A DNA stretch of 64,000 nt, taken from contig CAVTUQ010000025.1 in assembly GCA_963737905.1 (NCBI GenBank), forward strand, positions 96,001-160,000. The letters are read 5' to 3'. Below the pieces are notes generated by a model. It ran no database searches and was not told the origin of the DNA. It was given only the letters and a program-made list of their open reading frames with translations. Origin of the DNA: an uncultured delta proteobacterium. Lineage in GTDB: Bacteria > Desulfobacterota > Binatia > UBA9968. How positions within the stretch are numbered: position 1 is the stretch's first letter; each line of letters begins with the position of its first letter. Positions 40,905-50,137 of this stretch are shown piece by piece. Position numbers and translations under genes: made by a program.

Positions 40905-41840
40905 ATGGCGACCTGGATTGACTGGCACTCTCATCACACCGCCCCCGAAGTTGTGGAAACGTTTGCCGCGTTTACCGGCAAACGGCCGAAGATCGACGAC
41001 TACGATTCCACCAACTTTGCCAAACGGGTACAGGAGATGGACGAGGTCGGTATCGACCTCCAACTGATCTGCCAGGGGGCCGGCCTCTACGCGGACCAGC
41101 TCCCAGCGGACCAGGCGTTGAGCGTGGCTCGGCAATCGAACGCGATGCTCGCGGAACGCATCGCTTCGTACCGTAACCGGCTCATGGGAGTCAGCGCCCT
41201 CTCGCTAAAAAACATCGATGCCTCCGTTGAGGAATTGGAGCGCACTTCGGCGCAAGGCTTTCGCGCCGCTTTGCTGTATCCCACCGTGGACGGCGAAATG
41301 GTTGTAGATCTCCCGGAGATGAATCCGATCTATAGCAAACTATCCGAATTGGGTTGGCCGATATTTCTCCATGGCGCTGGCTTAGCCAAGAGCCCCACCC
41401 TTAAGCGGCTCGAAGATGGCGGGGCTGGCGTCGCCTACGCCGTGCTATCGGACGCCGAAGTATCGGAGTGCGCCCTGCGCATGATCGCCAGCGGCGTTTT
41501 TGATCGTTATCCCAATTTGAGAATTGTCATTCGTAGCTCCGGCGGCGGTCTCCCGCTACTATTGCATCGCTTTTTTTGGAAACACAAAGGACCGAAGGGT
41601 GAGCGGCGCTACTCGGAAATTTTCCTCGAGCACTTCTTGATCGATTGTGCCAGTTCCGATGCCCGAACTCTCTCGTTTTTGATCGACACCATGGGCGAAG
41701 AACACATCGTTTTCGGCTCTGACTATTGCGGCGGCCTCGGCCCCCTGAAGAAAGCCTTTAATGGCGTATCCGGCTTGGCGGATCCGGAACGTTTCAAACG
41801 CCTCACGGACAAGAATTCGCGCGAGCTAATCCACATTTAG
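40905..41840 (+). CDS. Amidohydrolase_2 family protein (ACMSD-like)
   Basis: IDWHSH; IFLHG; GVFDRYPNL; VFGSDY. Confidence 0.85.
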   Translation: MATWIDWHSHHTAPEVVETFAAFTGKRPKIDDYDSTNFAKRVQEMDEVGIDLQLICQGAGLYADQLPADQALSVARQSNAMLAERIASYRNRLMGVSALSLKNIDASVEELERTSAQGFRAALLYPTVDGEMVVDLPEMNPIYSKLSELGWPIFLHGAGLAKSPTLKRLEDGGAGVAYAVLSDAEVSECALRMIASGVFDRYPNLRIVIRSSGGGLPLLLHRFFWKHKGPKGERRYSEIFLEHFLIDCASSDARTLSFLIDTMGEEHIVFGSDYCGGLGPLKKAFNGVSGLADPERFKRLTDKNSRELIHI

Positions 41841-41842
41841 TC

Positions 41843-41918
41843 GTTCGAGGTTCAAGGTTCCGGGTTCAACCTGAGAACTCGGTTTCCGACCTTGAACTTT
41901 GAACCTGGAACTTTGAAC
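41843..41918. repeat. Inverted 4+4 heptamer repeat (GTTCAAG/CTTGAAC)
   Basis: GTTCGAG GTTCAAG GTTCCGG GTTCAAC - 20 nt - CTTGAAC TTTGAAC CTGGAAC TTTGAAC. Confidence 0.85.
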
Positions 41919-41923
41919 TTTCT

Positions 41924-43156
41924 ATGGCTTCCCAATACGACCTCACGATTATCGGCGGCGGCATCGTTGGTTTAGCAACGGCTCTAAGAATCCTCGAAGC
42001 CTACCCCCGCACGAAACTATTGATCCTCGAAAAGGAACCCCAACTTGCCCGCCACCAAACCGGCAACAACAGCGGAGTTATTCACTCCGGACTCTATTAC
42101 CGCCCCGGCTCCCTGAAAGCGCGCAGCTGCGTCACCGGGCGCAAAGCGTTGATTGAATTCTGCAACGAACATTCTGTACCCTATGAATTGTGCGGCAAGG
42201 TGGTCGTGGCAACGAGCCAGGAAGAGTTGGCACGTCTTGATGAGCTTCATCGGAGAGGCGTGGCCAATGGGCTGCAAGGCTTGGAAATAATCGGAAAGGA
42301 GCGGCTCAAAGAGCTTGAACCCCATGCCACCGGGATCAAAGGGCTCCGTGTTCCTGAAACCGGTATAATCGACTATAAGAAAGTCGCCGAGGCCTACGCT
42401 AACCAGGTGCGGGCGACGGGCGGTGATATTCGTCTGTCGCAAAGGGTTCTTGGGATTCTCGAAGGTGGCCGAGAAATCGTTTTACAAACCTCTGGCGGCG
42501 ACTATCGGACGAGCTACCTGATCAACTGTTGCGGCCTTCACTCCGATGTCGTCGCTAAGATGATGAAAACTCATGACGCTGCTGGAAACGGCGACGAGCA
42601 CAGAATCATTCCGTTTCGCGGGGAGTATTATAAGATCGCGCCCGAAAGACAGTTTCTGGTTCGCAATCTGATTTACCCAGTGCCGGACCCGACTTTCCCA
42701 TTCTTGGGAGTTCACTTCACCCGTATGGCGAAGGGCGGAGTCGAAGCCGGACCCAACGCGGTCCTCGCCCTCGCGCGCGAAGGCTACCATCATACCGATG
42801 TCAATCTCGGAGATCTGTGGAAGACCGCTTCCTTCAAGGGCTTCTGGGCGATGGCGGGGAAATATTGGCAAACCGGATTCGGCGAGCTTTACCGCTCCCT
42901 CAACAAGCCGGCTTTTGTCCGCGCCCTGCAAAAACTTGTGCCGGAAATCCGCGAAAGCGACCTTGTCCCAGGAGGCGCCGGCGTCCGTGCCCAGGCGGTG
43001 TCAGCCAGCGGCGCGTTGGTGGACGATTTTGTTATCAAAGAAGGCCGCAATGCCATTCACGTGCTCAACGCTCCGTCTCCCGGTGCGACTGCGTCCTTGT
43101 CCATTGGCCTGGCGATCACCCAGATGGCAGCAAAGAATTTTGACTTGAAAAATTGA
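41924..43156 (+). CDS. lhgO: L-2-hydroxyglutarate oxidase
   Basis: GGGIVG; HQTGNNSGVIHSG.YY.PGSLKA; IYPVPDP.FPFLGVH; NAPSPGAT. Confidence 0.92.
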   Translation: MASQYDLTIIGGGIVGLATALRILEAYPRTKLLILEKEPQLARHQTGNNSGVIHSGLYYRPGSLKARSCVTGRKALIEFCNEHSVPYELCGKVVVATSQEELARLDELHRRGVANGLQGLEIIGKERLKELEPHATGIKGLRVPETGIIDYKKVAEAYANQVRATGGDIRLSQRVLGILEGGREIVLQTSGGDYRTSYLINCCGLHSDVVAKMMKTHDAAGNGDEHRIIPFRGEYYKIAPERQFLVRNLIYPVPDPTFPFLGVHFTRMAKGGVEAGPNAVLALAREGYHHTDVNLGDLWKTASFKGFWAMAGKYWQTGFGELYRSLNKPAFVRALQKLVPEIRESDLVPGGAGVRAQAVSASGALVDDFVIKEGRNAIHVLNAPSPGATASLSIGLAITQMAAKNFDLKN

Positions 43157-43243
43157 TCACGATTCTAAGCCCAGAGAGACAATCTTGATTTCCCCTGCCC
43201 GTCAAATATCGTGATGCACAACTAGAACGGAGGTCGATACTGA

Positions 43244-43771
43244 ATGATTATTGAATACAAAGGGAAAAGACCAAAGATCTCTGCCACGGCTTTCATTGCA
43301 CCCACCGCTGTTTTGATCGGCGACGTTACCATCGGCGACGAAGCAAGCATCTGGTGGGGAGCGGTTTTGAGATCAGATCAAAATGCCAATCCGATCGTCG
43401 TGGGTGACCGCACGAGCGTACAGGACAATTGCGTGATTCACTCCGGCGAAGCCCCAACGATTATTGAAGCGGATTGCACGATCGGCCACGCTGCGATCAT
43501 GGAGGGTCCGCTGGTCAAACGCGGCGCGATTATTGGAATGAATGTGACTCTCCTAGAGAACGTCGAGATCGGCGAAGAGGCTCTTATCGCCGCTGGCAGC
43601 GTCGTCGTTCCCCACACCAAGATTCCACCCCGTGTTCTCGCCGCAGGGAGCCCGGCTAAAGTGAAAAAAGAGCTCACCGGCGAGGCCCTAAACTGGATCA
43701 AAATGGGGTCGTCGACCTATGTAAACCTATGCCGAAGTTATCTCGCCGGCGATTACAAAGTTATTGCCTGA
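43244..43771 (+). CDS. Gamma carbonic anhydrase family protein
   Basis: Hexapeptide repeats; LIGDV.IG; AVLR.D; QDNCVIH. Confidence 0.9.
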   Translation: MIIEYKGKRPKISATAFIAPTAVLIGDVTIGDEASIWWGAVLRSDQNANPIVVGDRTSVQDNCVIHSGEAPTIIEADCTIGHAAIMEGPLVKRGAIIGMNVTLLENVEIGEEALIAAGSVVVPHTKIPPRVLAAGSPAKVKKELTGEALNWIKMGSSTYVNLCRSYLAGDYKVIA

Positions 43772-43826
43772 CTATCCCGGGGAACCATTTCCTGAAAACA
43801 GCCACGTCAACAATTAAGACAAGGCG

Positions 43827-43864
43827 TTGACAAATAACGACAGAAGCGATACTGGTCAGACCAG
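43827..43864 (+). promoter_or_regulatory. TTGACA plus a FadR/PdhR-type operator CTGGTCAGACCAG
   Basis: TTGACA at 43827; palindrome TGGT-N3-ACCA at 43853-43863 over the -10/+1 zone. Confidence 0.75.
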
Positions 43865-43881
43865 CAGACAGCTAGACCTAA

Positions 43882-44622
43882 ATGCTCCACGCTATTAAGA
43901 AGACTCGCATTCACGAGGAAGTGGTGACCCAGATTCATGATCTCATCAGAGAGGGTCGACTCAAGGCCGGCGATCAGCTGCCCTCCGAGAGAGAACTTTC
44001 GGAGACATTCAAGGTGAGTCGGACTTCCGTGCGCGAAGCTCTCCGGGCACTGGAAACCAAAGGACTTATTATCAGCCGGACGGGAATGGGAAATTTTGTC
44101 GCCGACTTGCCTATCGAATCTTTAATCGCGCCCCTGGCCAAACTGCTCATCGAAGAAAAGACTGCCCTAGCCGACATTTTTGAACTTCGTAAGCTCATTG
44201 AACCGCACATCGCAGCATTGGCGGCGGAGCGCGCAACCATGAAAGACATTGAGAGAATGAAAAACATCCTGGAAAAGCAGAGTGAAGCGGTCATTCGAGG
44301 GGAAACCGGAGTGGAGGCCGATGCTCAGCTGCATTTTGCTATCGGACAGGCAACTCAAAATCAAGCCCTCGAGAAACTTGTCTCCGGCTTGATGGAGATA
44401 TTAAGCCATAGCCGCGAGGAGTCCCTCCAAACACTCGATCGCAGGAAGGCATCTATAGAATCCCACCGAAAAATTCTCGCTGCCATTGAACAGCACAACG
44501 GGACAAAAGCCCAAGAAGCGATGTTCCACCACATCGAACAGGTCGAAGAAAATGTGCTTTCATCGAGGAAACCACCTACCAATAACAACCATAACCGTTT
44601 AGAAGAGAGGAGTGTTTCATGA
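43882..44622 (+). CDS. FadR/GntR family transcriptional regulator
   Basis: LPSERELSETFKVSRTSVREAL; FCD domain. Confidence 0.95.
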   Translation: MLHAIKKTRIHEEVVTQIHDLIREGRLKAGDQLPSERELSETFKVSRTSVREALRALETKGLIISRTGMGNFVADLPIESLIAPLAKLLIEEKTALADIFELRKLIEPHIAALAAERATMKDIERMKNILEKQSEAVIRGETGVEADAQLHFAIGQATQNQALEKLVSGLMEILSHSREESLQTLDRRKASIESHRKILAAIEQHNGTKAQEAMFHHIEQVEENVLSSRKPPTNNNHNRLEERSVS

Positions 44623-45818
44623 TCAAACGCGTAGAGGTCAACTATCGAGGTATATTTCAGAAGAACCTGGGAAAGAAGATCGGCAGCGACATTGTTATGA
44701 TCGCGAGCCGAATGGGGCAGAGGGCATTCTCCAACGGTCGTTACAGTGACTCGCCGGAGAGAAACGGGATTCCCTGTAAGTACTTCGCCTTCGTTTCTCC
44801 GGATCTTTCAGAGGAGGAACTGGAAGCAGAATGCGGCGCCAAGCTGGAGATCGACGACGCCAACATCTCCGTCGTGCTCGACGATACGATGTGCAAGGGC
44901 GTCGAACCCTGGGGTTGGCACGGCGTGCGGCCGATCAATGAGAGGGTGGTCAAGGACGGCTGTCTGCTCGTGGTCTCCAACAAAAAGCCGGAAGAGCTGC
45001 TAAAATTCATCGGCAAAAAACCTTACAATTACCGGCTGGCGATCCTTAGCGGGGACGCCAGTCTCGCGGGTCTGTGGGTCAATAAGGACGACTTGACCCA
45101 CGAGCGGATCTTGGGCGGAATTGCCGCTGTCGATCCGGCAGTGATCAGCATCGAAGCCGTAGAATCCTACCTTTTGGAAAAGACCAAACAAAAACATCGT
45201 GCAGAGGCGGCGCGGGCGGCTTACGAGTCGCTCAGGCAGGAGGCCAAACCTCCACGGGTGAAGACGGTCACGCCGAACGACGGAATCGTGTGGACGCATG
45301 AGATACCCGTGCTGCCCAAGTGGTTCGAGATGCAAGAGGGCGCCGCGGTTCCGGCGGTCAAGCGTGGATTCGAAATCGGCCCGCGGGGACAATCGAGAAA
45401 TGCCATGTTCAAGCGCGGCACCACCAAGACCCAAAGGCCTGCGGTCCGATTCGATCTCTGCACCAAGTGCACGCTTTGCTGGGTTGAGTGTCCGGATGAA
45501 TGCTTCGATCCGACCAGCGACGGCTACTACGACATCGAGTACCAGTACTGCGTTGGTTGCGGCAAATGCGCCGAGATCTGTCCGGTGAAAGAGTGCATCG
45601 TGATGGTGGATGAGCTGCAATTCGAGGACGACCACAGTCCGTGGGAGCATTGGAAGAAAGATTCCAAAGAATACATTCAATGGGTCGAGGGGAAAAAGGG
45701 CAAAGACCGGGTTTCCTATCCCGTCGTAACCGGCAAGGGCATCACCGTGACCCAGGGAGTAGTGATGCCTGAGGGAAAGATCGTACCCGTCAGAAAGACG
45801 GAGGAGGTTGAAGTATGA
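44619..45818 (+). CDS. Oxalate oxidoreductase-like delta subunit (gamma domain fused to 2x[4Fe-4S] ferredoxin)
   Basis: CTKCTLCWVECP and CVGCGKCAEICP; N-terminal gamma-like domain; ATGA overlap with the regulator. Confidence 0.85.
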   Translation: MIKRVEVNYRGIFQKNLGKKIGSDIVMIASRMGQRAFSNGRYSDSPERNGIPCKYFAFVSPDLSEEELEAECGAKLEIDDANISVVLDDTMCKGVEPWGWHGVRPINERVVKDGCLLVVSNKKPEELLKFIGKKPYNYRLAILSGDASLAGLWVNKDDLTHERILGGIAAVDPAVISIEAVESYLLEKTKQKHRAEAARAAYESLRQEAKPPRVKTVTPNDGIVWTHEIPVLPKWFEMQEGAAVPAVKRGFEIGPRGQSRNAMFKRGTTKTQRPAVRFDLCTKCTLCWVECPDECFDPTSDGYYDIEYQYCVGCGKCAEICPVKECIVMVDELQFEDDHSPWEHWKKDSKEYIQWVEGKKGKDRVSYPVVTGKGITVTQGVVMPEGKIVPVRKTEEVEV

Positions 45819-47056
45819 GTGTCGCAGTCGCACAAACAAAATCAGATCAATCAGGTGTCTACGAGCGTGAAGACCTTCTGAACGGTTGCCAGGCCGTCGC
45901 GCATGGCGTGCGCCTGGCGGACGTGGACGTGATCGCCGCTTATCCGATCCGTCCTTATACCGAGGTGATGGACGCGCTCTCTAAACTGATCGCCGACGGT
46001 CAATTCGACGCCGAGTACATCATCGCGGACAGCGAGCACTCGCAGTTCGAGATCGTCAAGCACGCCAGTTCCGTAAACGCGCGCGCCTTCGGCGGATCGA
46101 GCGGCACAGGTTGGATGTACGGTATGGAAGCGCTGGTCGTTACGGCGACCGACCGTCTCCCGCCTCTTTTCGTAGTGGGCAATCGCGCGCTTGACGATCC
46201 GGGCGCTTTCGGCGTCGAGCACAACGACGCAATGGCGGTCCGGGACATGGGCTGGCTTCTCTGCTGGGTGACCACCCCGCAGGAAGCGCTGGAGCACGTG
46301 CTGATCGGCTACCGTATCGCCGAAGACAAGAAAGTCAGGATGCCGATGGGATTGGCAATGGACGGCGCCTTTCTCACCCACTCGCAGCACATGGTCAAGA
46401 TCCCATCGCCGGAAGCGGCGAAGAGATTTCTCCCGCAGTACGACCTCGCCGAGCGGCGCCTCCATCCCGACAATCCGATCTCCATCGCGCCGCAGGTCAA
46501 CGAGGATTGGGTTATGGAGCTCAGACGCCAGAACTGGGAGGCCGCCAAACGGGCGCGCAGCGTGATCAAGGAAGCCTATAAAGAATTCAACGACATCTTC
46601 GGCGATCGCTACGCTGCGCCCTACTATTTCGACGAGTTCATGACCGACGACGCGGAAGTGGTCCTGATCGGCATCGGCACGGTGGCGGCGCCGGCACGCA
46701 CAGCGGTGCGCCGCATGCGCGAGAAGGGACAAAAAGTAGGTTACGTGAACCTGCGCTGGTTCCGGCCTTTCCCGACAGTTGAGCTGCGGGAGTGCTTGAG
46801 CCGCTTCAAAGCGGTCGGCGTGGTCGATAGGGATTTCGCCCATGGTTCGCCGGACAACGGCGGCATCCTGATGCAAGAGGTCCGTTCTTGCCTCTACCCG
46901 GCCAAGAATCGGCCGGCGATCGTCAATTTCATGGGCGGCCTGGGCGGGCGCGATCTCTCCATCGCAGACGCGCAGAAGATGTACGATATAACGCAACAGG
47001 CGGCCAAGAAGGATTCGATGGACGAATTCGTAACGTGGATCGGTCTCAGGGAGTAA
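45815..47056 (+). CDS. Oxalate oxidoreductase-like 2-oxoacid:ferredoxin oxidoreductase alpha subunit
   Basis: GC.AVAHGVRLADVDVI..YPIRPYT; SEH; GGLGGRD. Confidence 0.88.
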   Translation: MSVAVAQTKSDQSGVYEREDLLNGCQAVAHGVRLADVDVIAAYPIRPYTEVMDALSKLIADGQFDAEYIIADSEHSQFEIVKHASSVNARAFGGSSGTGWMYGMEALVVTATDRLPPLFVVGNRALDDPGAFGVEHNDAMAVRDMGWLLCWVTTPQEALEHVLIGYRIAEDKKVRMPMGLAMDGAFLTHSQHMVKIPSPEAAKRFLPQYDLAERRLHPDNPISIAPQVNEDWVMELRRQNWEAAKRARSVIKEAYKEFNDIFGDRYAAPYYFDEFMTDDAEVVLIGIGTVAAPARTAVRRMREKGQKVGYVNLRWFRPFPTVELRECLSRFKAVGVVDRDFAHGSPDNGGILMQEVRSCLYPAKNRPAIVNFMGGLGGRDLSIADAQKMYDITQQAAKKDSMDEFVTWIGLRE

Positions 47057-47073
47057 AATAGGAGGGAAGGATT

Positions 47074-48069
47074 ATGTCAACTGCACCACAAATCGATTAC
47101 GAGAAGATCAAAGGCGTTCACAAAATTCCGCTGGAAGAGCTTTACACCTCCGGCCACCGCACCTGTCAGGGATGCGAGTCCGCGACGACGATGCGCGGCT
47201 TTATCAAGGTGGCGGGTTCGCGCACGGTCGTCACGGGAGCGACCGGCTGCATGTATGTAGCCAACACCTCGTACCTGACCACGCCCTGGATCGTGCCCTG
47301 GATGCACACCCAGCTCGGCGCCGGTGGCTCGTCCGCCGTGGGCATGGCCGCGGGGCTGCGCGCGCTCAAGCGCAAGGGGAAGATCAAAGACGAGAAGATC
47401 AATGTCATCAACTTCTCCGGCGATCTCGGCGCCGGCGATATGGGAATCGGCGGCATCTCCGGCGCCCTGCAAAGCGATTACGACTTGCTGATCATCATGT
47501 ACGACAACGAATCGGCCGCGAATACCGATATTCAAGCGACGGGTTTGACCACCTATGGGGCGCAGACGACGTTCACGCCTCCAGGCACCAAGCACTCCAT
47601 CATGCAGCGGCGCTGGAAGAAAAATGTTGCCGGCATGCTGGCCGTCGGCCATCCGACCTGCCGCTACGTGGCCACCGCCTGCGCCACCTTTCCGCCCACG
47701 GACTATTTGAACAAGGTCCAAAAGGCGCTCGCTATCGGCGGCCCGACCTTCATCCACACCTACGATCCCTGTCCCAAAGGTTGGGACTATCACCCTCGCT
47801 TCTCAAACGAGCTTGGCGAGTTGGGAATCAAATGCGGCATCTATCCGCTCTACGAAATAGTCGACGGGAACATCATTTACACCTGGGACGCGCGCAAGAC
47901 GGGCAAGGGACGAATTCCGGTGAAAGAATTCCTCACCAAACAGGGCCGCTTCGATCACCTTCAAGAAGAGCACTTCACCCATATCCAGAAGATGGTGGAC
48001 GAGATGTGGGAGGAATGGGAGTTTCCCGGTGTCGCGCCGATAAAGGGCACCTTGAAGGCCAGAATTTAA
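47074..48069 (+). CDS. Oxalate oxidoreductase-like beta subunit (ThDP, [4Fe-4S])
   Basis: GHRTCQGC; TGCMYVANTSY; GD...YDNES.ANT; PCPKGW. Confidence 0.88.
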   Translation: MSTAPQIDYEKIKGVHKIPLEELYTSGHRTCQGCESATTMRGFIKVAGSRTVVTGATGCMYVANTSYLTTPWIVPWMHTQLGAGGSSAVGMAAGLRALKRKGKIKDEKINVINFSGDLGAGDMGIGGISGALQSDYDLLIIMYDNESAANTDIQATGLTTYGAQTTFTPPGTKHSIMQRRWKKNVAGMLAVGHPTCRYVATACATFPPTDYLNKVQKALAIGGPTFIHTYDPCPKGWDYHPRFSNELGELGIKCGIYPLYEIVDGNIIYTWDARKTGKGRIPVKEFLTKQGRFDHLQEEHFTHIQKMVDEMWEEWEFPGVAPIKGTLKARI

Positions 48070-48087
48070 ACGCCACGTTCCCCTGCC

Positions 48088-48117
48088 AAAAGGCCCCAAA
48101 AATGGGGCCTTTTTTTT
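48088..48117 (+). terminator. Intrinsic terminator of the oxidoreductase operon
   Basis: AAAAGGCCCCA-aaaa-TGGGGCCTTTTTTTT. Confidence 0.9.
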
Positions 48118-48327
48118 GCCGCGAAGAAGAGGTCTATTCGCAGCGACTTGTAACTTGGCCGTCGTTCCAAGTAAAAGGCAACTATCAGCATTCCGCGCCG
48201 AGAGAAGGTCGCATGGCAACGTAATGATTCGGCTGTCATCCGGCCGCGCCTCGCCAGCTGACCTTTTACAGTTTATTCGCTGCCCGCCTGATTGTTTTTT
48301 CTATTACGATCCAATAGCCTACCGGTC

Positions 48328-49173
48328 ATGGGTGCAGTGACCTTCCCCAAAGCAGCGCAACACTCTCAGCGAAGCAGAGCCTCCATTGCTTTTCTCAGTG
48401 CGTCAGTTCTGTTGACCGCGCTGGTATTTCTCTCGTCTTCCGCCCATTCCTCTTGCCGTGACCCCGAGGTAGCGCAGGGCTTTGGATCTCTTGCCTACGC
48501 GGCGAATGTCGATGCGACAATTCAATATTTCGGTCACAATTTTTTTCTCATCACCACCAGCAAGGGAACCCGCATCGTCACCGACCCATTGGGGCCGGGA
48601 TGGTATCCAAACCCGAACGTGGTCGGGGACGTGGTCACCGTCGGGAAAGAGATGTTCAATCACAATGCGGTCCAGATCGTCCGGGGCAATCCGCTGATTC
48701 TCCGCGGGCTCAAGGACTATGGCGCCAACTGGAACACCGTTAGCATGAGTTTCAAAGATACTTTCATCTATAACGTCCCGATTCATCAAAACGCCGAATT
48801 CACCGAGGGCATTCATGGCTCTGCATTCGTTTTCGATCTCGGACCGTTGTGCATCGCCCACTTGGGCGACTTGAGCCAAAAGCTGAACGAGCAACAGATC
48901 AAAGCGTTTGGCAAGGTGGACGTTGCCCTCACACCCATCGGGGGAGGTCGCACGATGGGGCCGGACTTGGCGCGGGAAGTCCTGGCGCAGCTCAAGCCCA
49001 AGATTGCAATTCCCATGCATCACCGCGACAACCCTTATCTGGTCAGACAGTTCACAGCAGGTCTCAAGACAGAGATCATGAAGACCGACACACTAGGGGT
49101 GAGCAAAGGCGCTCTCCCGTCCTCGTTGGAGATCAGAGTTCTTCAGCCTCGCGGTGCGATGCGTTACGAGTGA
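48328..49173 (+). CDS. Exported MBL-fold protein with degenerate metal motif
   Basis: YFGHNFF; IVTDP; IAHLGD; PIGG; IPMH; N-terminal hydrophobic segment; start uncertain. Confidence 0.8.
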   Translation: MGAVTFPKAAQHSQRSRASIAFLSASVLLTALVFLSSSAHSSCRDPEVAQGFGSLAYAANVDATIQYFGHNFFLITTSKGTRIVTDPLGPGWYPNPNVVGDVVTVGKEMFNHNAVQIVRGNPLILRGLKDYGANWNTVSMSFKDTFIYNVPIHQNAEFTEGIHGSAFVFDLGPLCIAHLGDLSQKLNEQQIKAFGKVDVALTPIGGGRTMGPDLAREVLAQLKPKIAIPMHHRDNPYLVRQFTAGLKTEIMKTDTLGVSKGALPSSLEIRVLQPRGAMRYE

Positions 49174-49323
49174 CGGCGTTAATCCCGCGGGAAGGGACGA
49201 GCCCCTCGTCACCTCATCATCGAAGAGGATGAATCCGAGCCCGCTTTCGGGGGACAGCGGAACAGAGTCCTCCACTTCAAACGATTCCTGCGCCGCGTTA
49301 TAATCGAAGCGGCTTTGGCAATC

Positions 49324-50070
49324 ATGAAAAAGCTTCTCGTCTGCCAGCATGTCCCGCATGAAATTCTTGGCACTCTAGATCCGTTATTGAAAAGCGCGGG
49401 ATTTCGCATACGGTACGTGAATTTTGGCCGCTATCCCGACGCGGGACCCAGCTTGGACGGTTATCACGGGTTGGTCGTTCTGGGCGGGCCCATGAGCGTG
49501 AACGATACGCATCGACTGTCCCATCTGATCACGGAAATGAAGTTGATCGAAATAGCGATGCGCAGGAATCTTCCCGTGTTAGGGATTTGCCTCGGCGCTC
49601 AATTGATCGCGAAAACACTGGGCGCCGCCGTTTACCCAAACAAGGAAAAGGAAATCGGTTGGCACGACGTTTCTCCGACGGCCGAGGCGGAAAGCGATCC
49701 GCTACTCGCTGAATTCCAAAGAACGGAGAAAATTTTTCACTGGCACGGCGATACATTCGACATTCCCAAGAGCACCATTCACCTCGCCTTCTCTGCCCTG
49801 TGCGTCAATCAGGCTTTTCGCTATGGCGCCAATGTTTATGGTTTTCAGTTTCACCTCGAAGTCAACGAGCCGATGATTCATCGGTGGCTTCGGGTCGCCG
49901 AAAACAAAAAAGAAATCACCGCCCTCGGCGGGAAAATTGATCCCGAGCGCATCGATCTGGAAACACCGGACAACATGAGGAGACTCCAATCGCTGAGTGA
50001 ACGCGTTTTCGGTGAATTCATCCAGCTGTTCGACATCCAAAAGAAAATCGTCAGACTTCCTTCACTCTAA
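49324..50070 (+). CDS. Class I glutamine amidotransferase (stand-alone)
   Basis: LGGPMS; GICLGAQ; WHGD; QFHLE. Confidence 0.9.
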   Translation: MKKLLVCQHVPHEILGTLDPLLKSAGFRIRYVNFGRYPDAGPSLDGYHGLVVLGGPMSVNDTHRLSHLITEMKLIEIAMRRNLPVLGICLGAQLIAKTLGAAVYPNKEKEIGWHDVSPTAEAESDPLLAEFQRTEKIFHWHGDTFDIPKSTIHLAFSALCVNQAFRYGANVYGFQFHLEVNEPMIHRWLRVAENKKEITALGGKIDPERIDLETPDNMRRLQSLSERVFGEFIQLFDIQKKIVRLPSL

Positions 50071-50137
50071 GGCGCGCAAAACCGACATGGGGGGCGGCCC
50101 GATTTGTGGCCTACGCAAAGTCGCCGACCCCTTGAGG

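Noticed and set aside
45851-46996. Long antisense or alternate-frame ORFs (e.g. 45851..46996, 11895..12911, 47172..48224, 56639..57490)
   Set aside because: Shadow ORFs of well-supported genes, expected from GC-rich codon bias.
49175-49310. Possible gene remnants in the gaps at 1260-1400, 3300-3480, 48120-48290 and 49175-49310
   Set aside because: Translations show no family motif I can recognise.
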